64,000 bases of DNA. Source: Ruminococcaceae bacterium UBA7217. Its GTDB lineage: Bacteria > Bacillota > Clostridia > Oscillospirales > Acutalibacteraceae. The translations under genes and the position numbers were made by a program. The notes below the pieces were generated by a model. The model did no database searches. It was not told where the DNA came from and was given only the letters and a program-made list of their open reading frames with translations. The stretch's first letter is position 1; every line of letters starts with the position of its first letter. Positions 9,341 through 19,404 of the stretch are shown here, piece by piece. Location of the stretch: positions 12,024 to 76,023 of the forward strand of contig DKTZ01000035.1 of assembly GCA_002490425.1 (NCBI GenBank), given 5' to 3'.

Positions 9341-10774
9341 TTAAAAGTATGTATTGTAAAACTCTGTTATTCTTTTCTTTCGCTTTATAAGCTCTTCAAA
9401 ACCCGAAATATATTCAAACGGATATTTAAAATTAAAAATACGCTCAATATAATCCCCGGACTGTGCCTTCAGCTTTGTTACCGCCCCTGCACCGACCGCA
9501 AAAATTGTGTGACATTCTTCCATCATAAAAATATTGTAAAGACATTCCGTATCTTTCTTGCACCAGCCTGTGTTTTCAAGACTTCCTACCGATTTTGACT
9601 GACGGTACATATAATAAGGAGCGTATTTTCCGTTCAGCTTTTCATAAGTATATTTTAACATTTCATTGACTTTTTTAGCATTTTCGGAGGTAACACGCAT
9701 ATCCTGCACGCCCAGATTTGACGAGCGTTTAAGCGCCAGAGTGTGCACCGTGATATTTTCAGGGTCAAGTGAAAAAGCCTCGTCAAGCGAATACTTAAAC
9801 CCGTCCGCCGTGTCCCCGGGAAGACCTGCGATTAAATCCATATTTATGCAGTCAAAGCCGATTCTACGTGCAAGGTTAAATGCTGTTACCGTTTCTTCTG
9901 CGCTGTGACACCTGCCGATGTTTTTTAGCACTTCATCTGAAAAGGTCTGGGGATTTATGCTGATTCTTGTGACGGGGCTGTTTTTAAGCACCTTTAACTT
10001 TTCTTCCGTCACGGTATCAGGTCTGCCTGCCTCTACCGTAAATTCACGGCAACCGGATAAATCAAAATTATCCGTAACAGCTTTAAGCAAATCTTCCATT
10101 TGCTGTGCGGAAATTGTTGTGGGAGTGCCGCCGCCTATATAAACGCTTTCAAGGCGCAGTCCGAGTGCCTTTGCAATTTTGCCCGTTTCCTCAATTTCTT
10201 TCAGGAGTAAATCGCAATATTTCGGCACAAGTGCTTTTGCTTTTTCGGTTTGAACCGAATGTGACACAAATGAGCAGTAACTGCATCTTGTGGGGCAAAA
10301 CGGAATTGAAATATAAAGACTGAACGAATTTTCTTTTGAAAGAGAGATTATTCTCTGCTCGCAGTCGGCAACACGCCGTGCAAGAGCGTACTTTTCTTCA
10401 CTCACCAAAAGGTCACCCAAAAAATATTCTTTGGTTTTTTCTCTGCCGAGCCGTTTTTCCGTCGCCATTAAAAGCTTTGACGGTCGAACTCCCGTAAGCA
10501 CGCCCCATTTGGGATAAATCTTTGTATATTCGCCAAAAATCGAATAAACCATTCTGCCCATTTGCATTTCGTTATCTTCGCAAAGGGGAGCAGTCAGCCG
10601 TTTTTCAAAATCTCCTGCCTTAAAGTTAACCGTTATTTCGTCGCTGACCTCTGTGTAAAGACCGTCGCCGTCCGAATTTTCTTTTGTAACCTCAATTTTT
10701 TCGTTAGGGAGAAAAAGGCGGACAAGCTTTTCCATTTCATAATGGTATTTATGATTTACAACCGTAATACGCAT
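9341..10774 (-). CDS. hemZ: radical SAM coproporphyrinogen dehydrogenase-like protein (HemZ/HemN family)
   Basis: CPTRCSYCSF radical-SAM cluster motif, YIGGGTPT, and HemN-like length and layout. Confidence 0.75.
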   Translation of the reverse strand: MRITVVNHKYHYEMEKLVRLFLPNEKIEVTKENSDGDGLYTEVSDEITVNFKAGDFEKRLTAPLCEDNEMQMGRMVYSIFGEYTKIYPKWGVLTGVRPSKLLMATEKRLGREKTKEYFLGDLLVSEEKYALARRVADCEQRIISLSKENSFSLYISIPFCPTRCSYCSFVSHSVQTEKAKALVPKYCDLLLKEIEETGKIAKALGLRLESVYIGGGTPTTISAQQMEDLLKAVTDNFDLSGCREFTVEAGRPDTVTEEKLKVLKNSPVTRISINPQTFSDEVLKNIGRCHSAEETVTAFNLARRIGFDCINMDLIAGLPGDTADGFKYSLDEAFSLDPENITVHTLALKRSSNLGVQDMRVTSENAKKVNEMLKYTYEKLNGKYAPYYMYRQSKSVGSLENTGWCKKDTECLYNIFMMEECHTIFAVGAGAVTKLKAQSGDYIERIFNFKYPFEYISGFEELIKRKKRITEFYNTYF

Positions 10775-10800
10775 TCTGTTTCCGCCCCTTTCCTAAAAAA

Positions 10801-11433
10801 TCAGTGTCTCATATATCTGTTATTCTCACGCTCAAACTGTAATGTCGTTTCTTCTCCGTGACCGGGGTACACTGTGTAATCCCCCGGAAGCTGTGCAAGT
10901 CTTTTAAGCGACGCTATTTCATTACGTCCTGCCAAAACAGGGCTTATGCCTGCTAAATCCGTCCTGCCTGCCGAAAGGCGGAAAAGTGTGTCGCCGGAGA
11001 AAATAATTCTGTCATTTTCAAGAATATAGCAAACACTGCCGTTAGTGTGCCCTTTGGTGTGCATTACACGAATTTTTGTATTGCCGAATTCCAATTCATC
11101 GCCGTCATTTAACAGTATATCCGCTTTAATCGGCTCTTGAATACCGCTGAAATGAGAATTGTAAAGGCTTTTATTCCCGTCAAGGAGCATTTCGCTGTCA
11201 AGAGAATGAGCACAAACCTCGGCTCCCGTTTCACGGACAACCGAGCTTACTCCTGAAATATGGTCAAAATGGCCGTGAGTTAATAAAATATATTTTACAT
11301 TTTTACCTTTTATAAAATCCAAAAGCTCTGCATTTTCCAAAGCAGGGTCAATAACGGCAAAAACGCCGTCAGACTCTAACACATACGTATTTGTTTCAAT
11401 TTCACCTATAACGAATTTTGTTACATTCAGCAT
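10801..11433 (-). CDS. MBL-fold metallo-hydrolase (glyoxalase II-like)
   Basis: LLTHGHFDHISG and HTKGHTNGS motifs. The ATG at 11433 overlaps the dtd stop (ATGCTGA). Confidence 0.8.
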   Translation of the reverse strand: MLNVTKFVIGEIETNTYVLESDGVFAVIDPALENAELLDFIKGKNVKYILLTHGHFDHISGVSSVVRETGAEVCAHSLDSEMLLDGNKSLYNSHFSGIQEPIKADILLNDGDELEFGNTKIRVMHTKGHTNGSVCYILENDRIIFSGDTLFRLSAGRTDLAGISPVLAGRNEIASLKRLAQLPGDYTVYPGHGEETTLQFERENNRYMRH

Positions 11434-11888
11434 CTTTTCACCCAAATTTCAGTGTCATAAACTATTGTTACAGGTCCGTCGTTTATTAAATCGACCTTCA
11501 TATCAGCACCGAATACGCCTTTTTTTACGCATTTTACACCGTTTTCTAAAAGCTTTCGGCAAAATTCTTCATAAAACTCATTTGCTTTTTCGGGTTCTTT
11601 TGAACGGATAAACGAAGGTCTGTTACCTTTTTTCACATCAGCGCAAAGGGTAAACTGAGAAATTGCAAGAATTTCTCCGTCTATACTCTTAATATCAAGA
11701 TTCATTTTGCCGTTTTCGTCCTCAAAAACACGAAGAGAGGCGATTTTTTTCGCAAGAATATCAATATCCTCCGCCGTATCGTCATCCATAACGCCTAAAA
11801 GAATCATATACCCTTTGCCTATACGGCTGATTTCCTTGCCGTCCACGGTGACTCCTGCATTTTTTACTCTTTGTACTACTGCTTTCAT
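11427..11888 (-). CDS. dtd: D-aminoacyl-tRNA deacylase
   Basis: MKAVVQRV...ILLGV...SQFTL-AD-KKGNRPSF...NDGPVT, typical of Dtd. Confidence 0.92.
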   Translation of the reverse strand: MKAVVQRVKNAGVTVDGKEISRIGKGYMILLGVMDDDTAEDIDILAKKIASLRVFEDENGKMNLDIKSIDGEILAISQFTLCADVKKGNRPSFIRSKEPEKANEFYEEFCRKLLENGVKCVKKGVFGADMKVDLINDGPVTIVYDTEIWVKRC

Positions 11889-11891
11889 AAT

Positions 11892-14114
11892 TTAACGCTC
11901 GACGTTTATTACGCCCTGTACTTTCTCAATTTTTGCTACGATGCTTTTAAGGTGCTCAATGCCCTCAACCTGAACGGTTACTTCAATAATACATCTGCCG
12001 TCCTTGGTATCGTGTGTGGCAAGCCCTGCAATGTTAACCTTCATATTTGATATTTGCTGGCTGACATCGGCAATAAGCCCTATTCTTTTAAGGCAGGTAA
12101 CGGTGATTGTAGCACTGTATTTGTCAGTCGTTGCCGTATCCCAATGCACCTTTACCCAGCGCTCAGGCTCTGCACAGTGGGCTATATCCGCAGGCACGTT
12201 TACGCAGTCCGCCTTATGAACGGAGACACCGTGCCCTCTCGTTATAAAGCCGATTACCTTATCGCCCGGAAGAGGATTGCAGCAGCGTGAAAACTTAATA
12301 AGACAGTTGTCTATGCCGTCAACAATAATTCCGTCCTTGGATTTTCTTTTAACAGGCTGTTTAGCAGATATTTCCTCAATGTGACTTTTATCGTAATTTT
12401 TGTGATATTCATCTTTAATATACGGCATCTGCTTTGAAACGGAAAGTCCGCCGTAGCCGATTGCCGCATAAAAATCTTCCACAGAGTCCATATGTTGGCG
12501 TGCTGCAAGCTTTTTGACGAATGTTTCGTATTCTTCTTCTGTAAGACGAATATAATTGCGCCTGAACTCACGCTCAATCTCCGCCTTGCCCTCGGCAATA
12601 TTTTCGTCACGCTTTTCGTTTTTAAACCATGAGCGAATTCGGCTTTTTGCCTTGCTTGATTTTGCAATGTTGAGCCAATCCCTACTCGGACCCTTACCGG
12701 GTTGAGAAGAGGTGAGAATTTCAACAATTTCGCCCGTTTTGACAACATAGTCAAGCGGAACTATGCGCCCGTCAACCTTTGCTCCCATCATTTTATGTCC
12801 GACCGCCGTGTGAATAGCATAGGCAAAGTCAATAATAGTTGACCCCTGAGGAACATTGATAACATCGCCCTTGGGGGTAAACACGAGCACCTCTTCGGGA
12901 ACTAAATCAGTTTTAATTGAAGATACTATTTCCCTTGCATCGCCTGACTCCTCCTGAACCTCAAGCATTTCTTTAATCCAGTTAAGTCCGTCGTTAAAGC
13001 TTTGACCTTTGCCGTTAGTCATTCCGATTTTATATTTCCAGTGCGCCGCAATACCGAATTCAGCTGTACGGTGCATATCCCAAGTACGGATTTGCACCTC
13101 AAAGGGAATAGCATCCTTGCCGACAACGGTTGTGTGAAGCGACTGGTAACGGTTAGGCTTCGGCGTTGAAATGTAATCCTTAAAACGCCCCGGAAGAGGA
13201 CTGAACATATCGTGAATTATACCGAGGCAATTGTAGCAGTCGCCTATTGTATCAACAATAATTCGAACTGCGTAAATATCGTAAATCTCGCTGAACTGCT
13301 TATTCTGCATATACATTTTGCGGTATATGCCGTGAACGCTTTTAATTCGTCCGCTGATTGCGGCATTAGGAACAGTCTCCCTGACGCGTTCTAAAATTCG
13401 CTTTTTAATGCTGTTAAGGAATTCGTTGCCCGACGCATTGAATTTGTGAAGCTGTTCTTCAATGCCGGCATAAGCCACGGGGTCAAGAAAGCGTATGGCT
13501 CTGTCTTCAAGTTCCTCTTTAAAGGAACGGATGCCAAGCCTGTGGCTTATAGGCGCAAAAATTTCCAGGGTTTCAAGCGCTTTGTCCCTTTGCTTTTGCG
13601 GGGCAACATATTCAAGAGTACGCATATTGTGAAGTCTGTCAGCAAGCTTAATTACAATAACACGAATGTCCTTACTCATTGCGAGGAGCATTTTGCTGAT
13701 GTTTTCAGCCTGCATTTCTTCTCTTGAATCCCTTTCGGAATACTGTAAATGACCAAGCTTTGTAACGCCGTCAACAAGCACGGCAATTTCACCGCCGAAC
13801 TCGGATTTCAGCTCATCAAGCGTATAATCGGTATCTTCAACAACATCGTGAAGAAGAGCCGCAACAATCGACTGATAATCCATACCGAAATCGACAAGAA
13901 TGTCGGCAACGGCAATGGGGTGAATAATGTACGGCTCGCCCGAACGGCGCAACTGACCGCCGTGCTGTTTCTTTGCAACCTCAAACGCCTTATTGATTAT
14001 ATTTATTTCGTTTTCGCTTTGATGTACTTTTTTTATCTTTTCCAAAAGCTTCGCATAAAGAGCGTCAACATCTACATCCTCTACAGGGGTTTTATCAGTT
14101 TTGATTTCACTCAT
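11892..14114 (-). CDS. relA: bifunctional (p)ppGpp synthetase/hydrolase RelA/SpoT
   Basis: HD domain (HPIAVA..LHDVVEDT), synthetase domain (YQSLHTTV, EVQIRT..MH..AE.G.AAHW.YK), and TGS and ACT regions. The likely start is the ATG at 14114, after GGAGGTG, overlapping the recJ stop as ATGAGTGA. Confidence 0.93.
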   Translation of the reverse strand: MSEIKTDKTPVEDVDVDALYAKLLEKIKKVHQSENEINIINKAFEVAKKQHGGQLRRSGEPYIIHPIAVADILVDFGMDYQSIVAALLHDVVEDTDYTLDELKSEFGGEIAVLVDGVTKLGHLQYSERDSREEMQAENISKMLLAMSKDIRVIVIKLADRLHNMRTLEYVAPQKQRDKALETLEIFAPISHRLGIRSFKEELEDRAIRFLDPVAYAGIEEQLHKFNASGNEFLNSIKKRILERVRETVPNAAISGRIKSVHGIYRKMYMQNKQFSEIYDIYAVRIIVDTIGDCYNCLGIIHDMFSPLPGRFKDYISTPKPNRYQSLHTTVVGKDAIPFEVQIRTWDMHRTAEFGIAAHWKYKIGMTNGKGQSFNDGLNWIKEMLEVQEESGDAREIVSSIKTDLVPEEVLVFTPKGDVINVPQGSTIIDFAYAIHTAVGHKMMGAKVDGRIVPLDYVVKTGEIVEILTSSQPGKGPSRDWLNIAKSSKAKSRIRSWFKNEKRDENIAEGKAEIEREFRRNYIRLTEEEYETFVKKLAARQHMDSVEDFYAAIGYGGLSVSKQMPYIKDEYHKNYDKSHIEEISAKQPVKRKSKDGIIVDGIDNCLIKFSRCCNPLPGDKVIGFITRGHGVSVHKADCVNVPADIAHCAEPERWVKVHWDTATTDKYSATITVTCLKRIGLIADVSQQISNMKVNIAGLATHDTKDGRCIIEVTVQVEGIEHLKSIVAKIEKVQGVINVER

Positions 14115-16158
14115 TTCCGTCACCTCCGTCAATAAAAGAATTTAACCTGTTCAGTATTTCTGAGCTTTCAAGCTCTACTTTTTGGTTATTGCCGTCAAAT
14201 ATTATTTTTCCGTCTGATATTTTGAGAAGCTCCAATTCGCAAAGAATATCAAGAGAGGTCTGCATAATACAGTAATTATGTACGGGACAGCCTGTACGTT
14301 TTACCAGTGTTTCAGTATCAAAGCTCCATTCTCCTTGCTGTTTAATAAAGCTGTATACAGCCAAAAGGAACTCCCTTGACGGTGTAATGAATTTTGCCTC
14401 TTTCGGAGAAAGGCTCTCGCCACGCTTGAATTTTTCGTAAAGCGAAAGCGAGCCGAAAAGCTTATCCTCATCCGTTCCCGAAAAACGGATATTCTTTATC
14501 TGAACAGAGGGCTTTACCTCACCTCTGTATTCGTTTTTATCAATCCTTACTGCTAAATCAAGCGTGTCGCCCTTGCAGTAGGGAAAATCCTCTAACGCAG
14601 TTGAAAATTTCATAGCAGTGAGCGGCGTTCCGCCCTTAAAGAAGGTAAGCCTTAAATGCTTGCCCTCGCCAACACTCTTTATATCGGAAAGAGTAACTCC
14701 GTAAATGCCGAACACAGGCTGGCTGTTACCTGCTCCGTACGGTTCAAGTGCCGATAAAGAAGAAAGTAAATCATTGTTTATATATGCAGGATTTAACTTG
14801 CAGTTGATTAAAAGCTCAGGGACAACAGCTGAAACGGACTGAGCGTATACATTTATTCTGTTAAAAAACTCATTTATATTATCTTTTTTAATACCAAGTC
14901 CGGCCGCCATTGTATGACCGCCGAAATGAGTGAGTAAATCGCCGCAGGATTTAATTGCGTCATAAATTGAAAAACCGTAAATGCTTCTTGCAGAGCCTGT
15001 GCCTTCATCGCCGTCAAAGGTGATTACTATTGCCGGTCTGCCGTATTTTTCGGTAATCCGTGCCGCCACAATGCCGATAACACCGTGGTGCCAGCCCTCA
15101 CCGCAAACAACAATAACCCTTGCATACTTTAACTTGTCATCGGATTCAATGTGTTCTATTGCCGCTTTAGTTATTTCATTTTCAACGGTGTGGCGTTCCC
15201 TGTTACATTCATCAACATCTTTTGCAAGAGAAAAAGCCGAATCTTCATCTTCACTCAAAAGCAATTTAAGAGCTGTTTCGGCAGACGCCATTCTGCCTGC
15301 GGCATTTATTCTCGGCGCTAATGAATAAGTAACTCCCACTGAGCTTATATATTTATCACCCACGCCTGAAATTTGCTTTAATGCATTTATTCCGAAGCAG
15401 GGGTCAGAATTGATTTTAGCAACGCCGTACCGAACAATTGCGCGGTTTTCATCTGTAAGGTCAACAACATCGGCAATTGTGCCGACAGCAATAATATCTG
15501 CATATCTTGAAAGAATATCCATACAGTCGCCGTCATTTAATGCAGACACCACCTTAAAGGCAACGCCTACGCCCGCCCAATCCCGAAATGACAAATTGTC
15601 ATCCTCACGGTGAGGGTCAACAACCGCCACGGCATTCGGCAACGTTTCCGAGGGCTTGTGGTGGTCGGTTACAACAACATCTACACCAAGTGTTTTAGCA
15701 AAATCCACTTCTTCTGCCGAGGAAATCCCGTTATCAACCGTTACAATAAGTTTTACGCCGCTGTCCGCAATTTTTTGGACTGCGCCATTGTTCATTCCGT
15801 ACCCTTCAGTTATTCTGTCGGGAATGTAATAGGTAACGTCAGCACCGACAGACCTTAGAAAAGAGTACATAAGTGCAGTTGAGGTTACTCCGTCAGCGTC
15901 GTAATCGCCGTAAACGCATATTTTCTCAAAGCTGTCTATTGCTTTTTGTATTCTTTGAACCGCCCTGTCCATATCACGGATAAGGTACGAATCGCAAAAA
16001 GCAAAATCCGAATCAAAGAACTCCTCAATATCTTCATATTCGGTAATTCCGCGTGAGGTGAGAATAAGAGCTGTAAACGGGTCTAAGCTGTGTGTTTCGG
16101 CAATATCTGCCGCCGTGTCTTTATCAATATGCGCCAAAGTCCATTTTTTACGGCTCAT
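14107..16158 (-). CDS. recJ: single-stranded-DNA-specific exonuclease RecJ
   Basis: DHH motifs (VYGDYDADGVTS, VTVDNG, VVTDHH), DHHA1 motif (GGH..AAG) and the recJ-relA-dtd synteny. The start is taken at the ATG at 16158. Confidence 0.9.
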   Translation of the reverse strand: MSRKKWTLAHIDKDTAADIAETHSLDPFTALILTSRGITEYEDIEEFFDSDFAFCDSYLIRDMDRAVQRIQKAIDSFEKICVYGDYDADGVTSTALMYSFLRSVGADVTYYIPDRITEGYGMNNGAVQKIADSGVKLIVTVDNGISSAEEVDFAKTLGVDVVVTDHHKPSETLPNAVAVVDPHREDDNLSFRDWAGVGVAFKVVSALNDGDCMDILSRYADIIAVGTIADVVDLTDENRAIVRYGVAKINSDPCFGINALKQISGVGDKYISSVGVTYSLAPRINAAGRMASAETALKLLLSEDEDSAFSLAKDVDECNRERHTVENEITKAAIEHIESDDKLKYARVIVVCGEGWHHGVIGIVAARITEKYGRPAIVITFDGDEGTGSARSIYGFSIYDAIKSCGDLLTHFGGHTMAAGLGIKKDNINEFFNRINVYAQSVSAVVPELLINCKLNPAYINNDLLSSLSALEPYGAGNSQPVFGIYGVTLSDIKSVGEGKHLRLTFFKGGTPLTAMKFSTALEDFPYCKGDTLDLAVRIDKNEYRGEVKPSVQIKNIRFSGTDEDKLFGSLSLYEKFKRGESLSPKEAKFITPSREFLLAVYSFIKQQGEWSFDTETLVKRTGCPVHNYCIMQTSLDILCELELLKISDGKIIFDGNNQKVELESSEILNRLNSFIDGGDGNE

Positions 16159-16250
16159 ACTCACCCTCACCTCCAAAATAAATAAATTAACCGATTTTAA
16201 TTATAATATTATACTACTGTATACCTATAAAATCAAGAGTTACGGACAGC

Positions 16251-16284
16251 AAAAAAGCGGACAGGCGTGGAAGCCTGTCCCTAC
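16251..16284 (-). terminator. GTAGG-hairpin element acting as the intrinsic terminator of the GT2 gene
   Basis: The minus strand reads GTAGGGACAGGC-TTCCAC-GCCTGTCC followed by GCTTTTTTG. It belongs to the same family as the copies at 26306 and 58009. Confidence 0.65.
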
Positions 16285-16301
16285 AAAATTCTAATTAATT
16301 G

Positions 16302-17228
16302 TCACCGTTTATCTGATTTCCCGACACGCTTTGACACTATATAACGCGGTCTGCCCTTTACTTCTTCATAAATTCTCGCAATGTAATAGCCAATAATGCC
16401 CAGCGCCATCATCAGAGAACCGCCTATCAAAAGTAAAAGAAGAATTACGGTTGTAAAGCCCTCAGCCGAAGAGCCGCAAAGATAACGCACAAGCGTTTGC
16501 ACCGCCAAAATTGCCATAAAGCAAAGAAGAACTGCACCGATTACCGTTACAGCCTGCAAAGGGGCGGTTGTAAACGATGTTATGTTTGAAACAGCATATT
16601 TTGTAAGCTTTGTTAAATTCCATTTTGACTTTCCGTTTGCTCTTTTTTCTACCTTAAACTCAATCTGCGTTGAATTAAAGCCTGACCAAAACGAAAGCGC
16701 CCTGAAAAAGGTGTTTCTTTCTGGCAAAGAGATGAGCGTGTCGATAACCTTTCTGTCAATAAGCTTAAAATCCGACGTTGACTGCATATCCACCCCTACA
16801 AAACGGCTGATAATTTTATAAAAGCTCTTTGCGAACATATTATACATTGCAGAGCCGCCGCCACGGTCGCTCTTAATGCCCTCAACAACCTCAAAGCCCT
16901 GCTCCCAAAGTCTGTACATTTCAACAATTTTTGAAGGCGGAAACTGCAAATCACAGTCAAATATTACTGCGCAGTCGCCGCTCGCTTCCTCAAGTCCCGC
17001 AAAAATTGCAGACTCCTTGCCGAAATTTCTGCTGAACGAAATGCCCTTTACGTTTTCATCAAACTGTGCCGACTTGCAGATTTCAAGATAGGTTTTATCC
17101 CTCGAACCGTCGTCAACGAATATGATTTCATAGGAAATTTCTTCATTTTCAAAAAGCTTCGACAGCGTTTTTGCGGCAAGAGCAATATTTTGCTCCTCAT
17201 TGTATGCGGGAATAATTACAGAAAGCAT
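16302..17228 (-). CDS. family 2 glycosyltransferase, polyprenyl-phosphate sugar transferase type (GtrB/CsbB-like) with two C-terminal TM helices
   Basis: SVIIPAYNEE, FVDDGS-D and DCDLQ motifs, plus a C-terminal membrane anchor. Confidence 0.8.
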   Translation of the reverse strand: MLSVIIPAYNEEQNIALAAKTLSKLFENEEISYEIIFVDDGSRDKTYLEICKSAQFDENVKGISFSRNFGKESAIFAGLEEASGDCAVIFDCDLQFPPSKIVEMYRLWEQGFEVVEGIKSDRGGGSAMYNMFAKSFYKIISRFVGVDMQSTSDFKLIDRKVIDTLISLPERNTFFRALSFWSGFNSTQIEFKVEKRANGKSKWNLTKLTKYAVSNITSFTTAPLQAVTVIGAVLLCFMAILAVQTLVRYLCGSSAEGFTTVILLLLLIGGSLMMALGIIGYYIARIYEEVKGRPRYIVSKRVGKSDKR

Positions 17229-17376
17229 AGCGCACCTTCTTTTAAACTTAAAAATATTGCATATACTTGTATTATAATATCACCGACACACTTTGTTGTC
17301 AATAAAACCTACTATTGAAATAGCCGCAGAATTATGTTAATATAAACTCATATAAAATAAAATCGGAGGGGTATTT

Positions 17377-18756
17377 ATGAATAAAAACGATATTGCCGTA
17401 ATTATGGCAGGCGGAAGCAGCACTCTTTTAAAATCGGCTAATTCACCTGTTCTCGCAAAGGTACTCGGGCAGCCAATGATTCAGAGCGTTACTGAAGCGG
17501 CACTGCTTTCGGGAATTGAAAGGCTCGCAATTATTGTACCCTCGGGCGACACACAAATCCGCTCGCTTATTAAAAAAGAATTTCCCGACGCAGATATTGA
17601 GTTTTTTGAGCAATCCGTACCTCTGGGCACTGCACACGCTGTACTGGCGGCACAAGAATCAATTGAAGCCGTAAAAGACGGAAATGTGCTTATTTTAAAC
17701 GGAGATACCCCGTTTATTGACGCTTCGACCATAAATTCCGCCTATGTTCTGCACACCGCTATGCAAAACGATGCAACTGTAATCACTGCAACAGTTACAA
17801 AGCCTTTCGGCTACGGAAGAATTTTAAGAGATGCAAACGAGCATTTTTCGGGAATTGTTGAAGAGGCTGATGCAGACAGCAGTACAAAGAAAATTACTGA
17901 AATTTCGTCAGGCACCTATTGGTTTAAGTCGGATGTGCTATTAAATGCTCTTCATAACCTCTCTCCCCGTGCAAACGGCCATTTTAACCTTGTAGATGTT
18001 ATTTCAAATGTAATCCGTTCAGGAATGAAGGCAGATACTTTTTTTGCGCCTAACTCCGATATTATTCTCGGTGCTAACGACCGTATTCAGCTTATGGAGC
18101 TTAATGAATACGCAAAAATGCAGACTATACAGTACCACCTTTCGGCAGGCGTTGAAATTCCGTATTCAGACGGCGTTGTTATTGAAAAGGGCGTCCAAAT
18201 CGGAACGGACACCTGCATTTTACCCGGCACAATAATTAAGGGGAAAACAGTTATCGGCAAAAACTGCGTAATAGGTCCTAACAGCGTTATTGAGGACTCG
18301 GTTATCGGCGATAATGTTAAGCTTAATCAGACCCAGTGCGAACAGTGCATTGTAAAAAGCGGTGCAAACATCGGCCCGTTTGTTCATATCCGTCCGAATT
18401 CCGTTATCGGCGACAGCGTTCACCTCGGCAATTTTGTTGAGGTGAAGAACTCAAATATTGATACGGGAACTAAGGTTTCGCACTTAACGTATGTCGGCGA
18501 CTCAGATGTCGGCAAGCGTGTAAACTTCGGCTGCGGCACTGTTACGGTTAACTATTCGGGCAAGGCAAAATACCGCACTACCATTGGCGACGATGTATTT
18601 ATCGGCTGTAACACAAACCTTGTTGCTCCCGTAACTGTGGGCAACGGCGCTTATACGGCGGCAGGCTCAACCATAACCGAAGATGTTCCTGAGGATTCAC
18701 TTGGCATTGCAAGGGCAAGGCAGGTCAACAAAATCGGCTGGAAAGTAAAAAAATAA
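17377..18756 (+). CDS. glmU: bifunctional UDP-GlcNAc pyrophosphorylase / GlcN-1-P N-acetyltransferase
   Basis: N-terminal nucleotidyltransferase (AVIMAGG, GTAHAV, LNGDTP) and a C-terminal left-handed beta-helix of hexapeptide repeats. Confidence 0.9.
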   Translation: MNKNDIAVIMAGGSSTLLKSANSPVLAKVLGQPMIQSVTEAALLSGIERLAIIVPSGDTQIRSLIKKEFPDADIEFFEQSVPLGTAHAVLAAQESIEAVKDGNVLILNGDTPFIDASTINSAYVLHTAMQNDATVITATVTKPFGYGRILRDANEHFSGIVEEADADSSTKKITEISSGTYWFKSDVLLNALHNLSPRANGHFNLVDVISNVIRSGMKADTFFAPNSDIILGANDRIQLMELNEYAKMQTIQYHLSAGVEIPYSDGVVIEKGVQIGTDTCILPGTIIKGKTVIGKNCVIGPNSVIEDSVIGDNVKLNQTQCEQCIVKSGANIGPFVHIRPNSVIGDSVHLGNFVEVKNSNIDTGTKVSHLTYVGDSDVGKRVNFGCGTVTVNYSGKAKYRTTIGDDVFIGCNTNLVAPVTVGNGAYTAAGSTITEDVPEDSLGIARARQVNKIGWKVKK

Positions 18757-18781
18757 AATTAACCGAAAGGCATTAAAAAAT

Positions 18782-19393
18782 ATGTTCAACAGATTCAAAA
18801 ATACTCCTACTGAATCTGTCGGCACACCTGAATTTATCGTGGCAGGGCTTGGAAATCCTGATAGGAAGTACACCTATACACGGCATAATTCGGGGTTTTT
18901 GTGCGTTGATATGTTATCGTCAAAGCATAATTTCAGTGTTGACAGATTAAAATTCAAATCACTTATTTGCGATACTGTTATAGCAGGACACCGCTGTATT
19001 GTAATGAAACCGCAGACCTATATGAACAACAGCGGCGAGGCAATCAGAGACTGCGCCGCATTTTACAAAATTCCGCCCGAAAAAATACTTATAATTTGCG
19101 ACGACATCAATTTAGACATTGGCAGACTTCGTATCAGGCGAAAGGGCAGTGACGGCGGACAAAACGGTATAAAAAATATTATTTACCACATGAACAGCGA
19201 CTGTTTCCCCCGTATTAAAATCGGCGTAGGCAAAAAGCCTCACCCCGATTACAATTTGGCTGACTGGGTGCTTTCGGAATTTACGAAAAAAGAGTTAGAA
19301 TCTCTTGAAAGTGTACTTAAAAATGCCTGTGACGCTGTGGAGCTTATAATAAACGGCAAAACAGACGAGGCTATGAACCTTTTTAACAGTTAA
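18782..19393 (+). CDS. pth: peptidyl-tRNA hydrolase
   Basis: GLGNP...Y..TRHN.GF, PQTYMNNSGE and GGQNGIKNII motifs. Confidence 0.92.
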   Translation: MFNRFKNTPTESVGTPEFIVAGLGNPDRKYTYTRHNSGFLCVDMLSSKHNFSVDRLKFKSLICDTVIAGHRCIVMKPQTYMNNSGEAIRDCAAFYKIPPEKILIICDDINLDIGRLRIRRKGSDGGQNGIKNIIYHMNSDCFPRIKIGVGKKPHPDYNLADWVLSEFTKKELESLESVLKNACDAVELIINGKTDEAMNLFNS

Positions 19394-19404
19394 CGGAGCG
19401 TATT

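Noticed and set aside
14107-14114. 8-nt ATGANTGA start/stop overlaps (recJ/relA at 14107-14114 and hydS/pp2c at 42570-42577) and the 4-nt overlaps in potABCD, considered as possible programmed frameshift sites.
   Set aside because: These are the ordinary overlap geometries of translationally coupled bacterial genes. Both partners are intact full-length ORFs.
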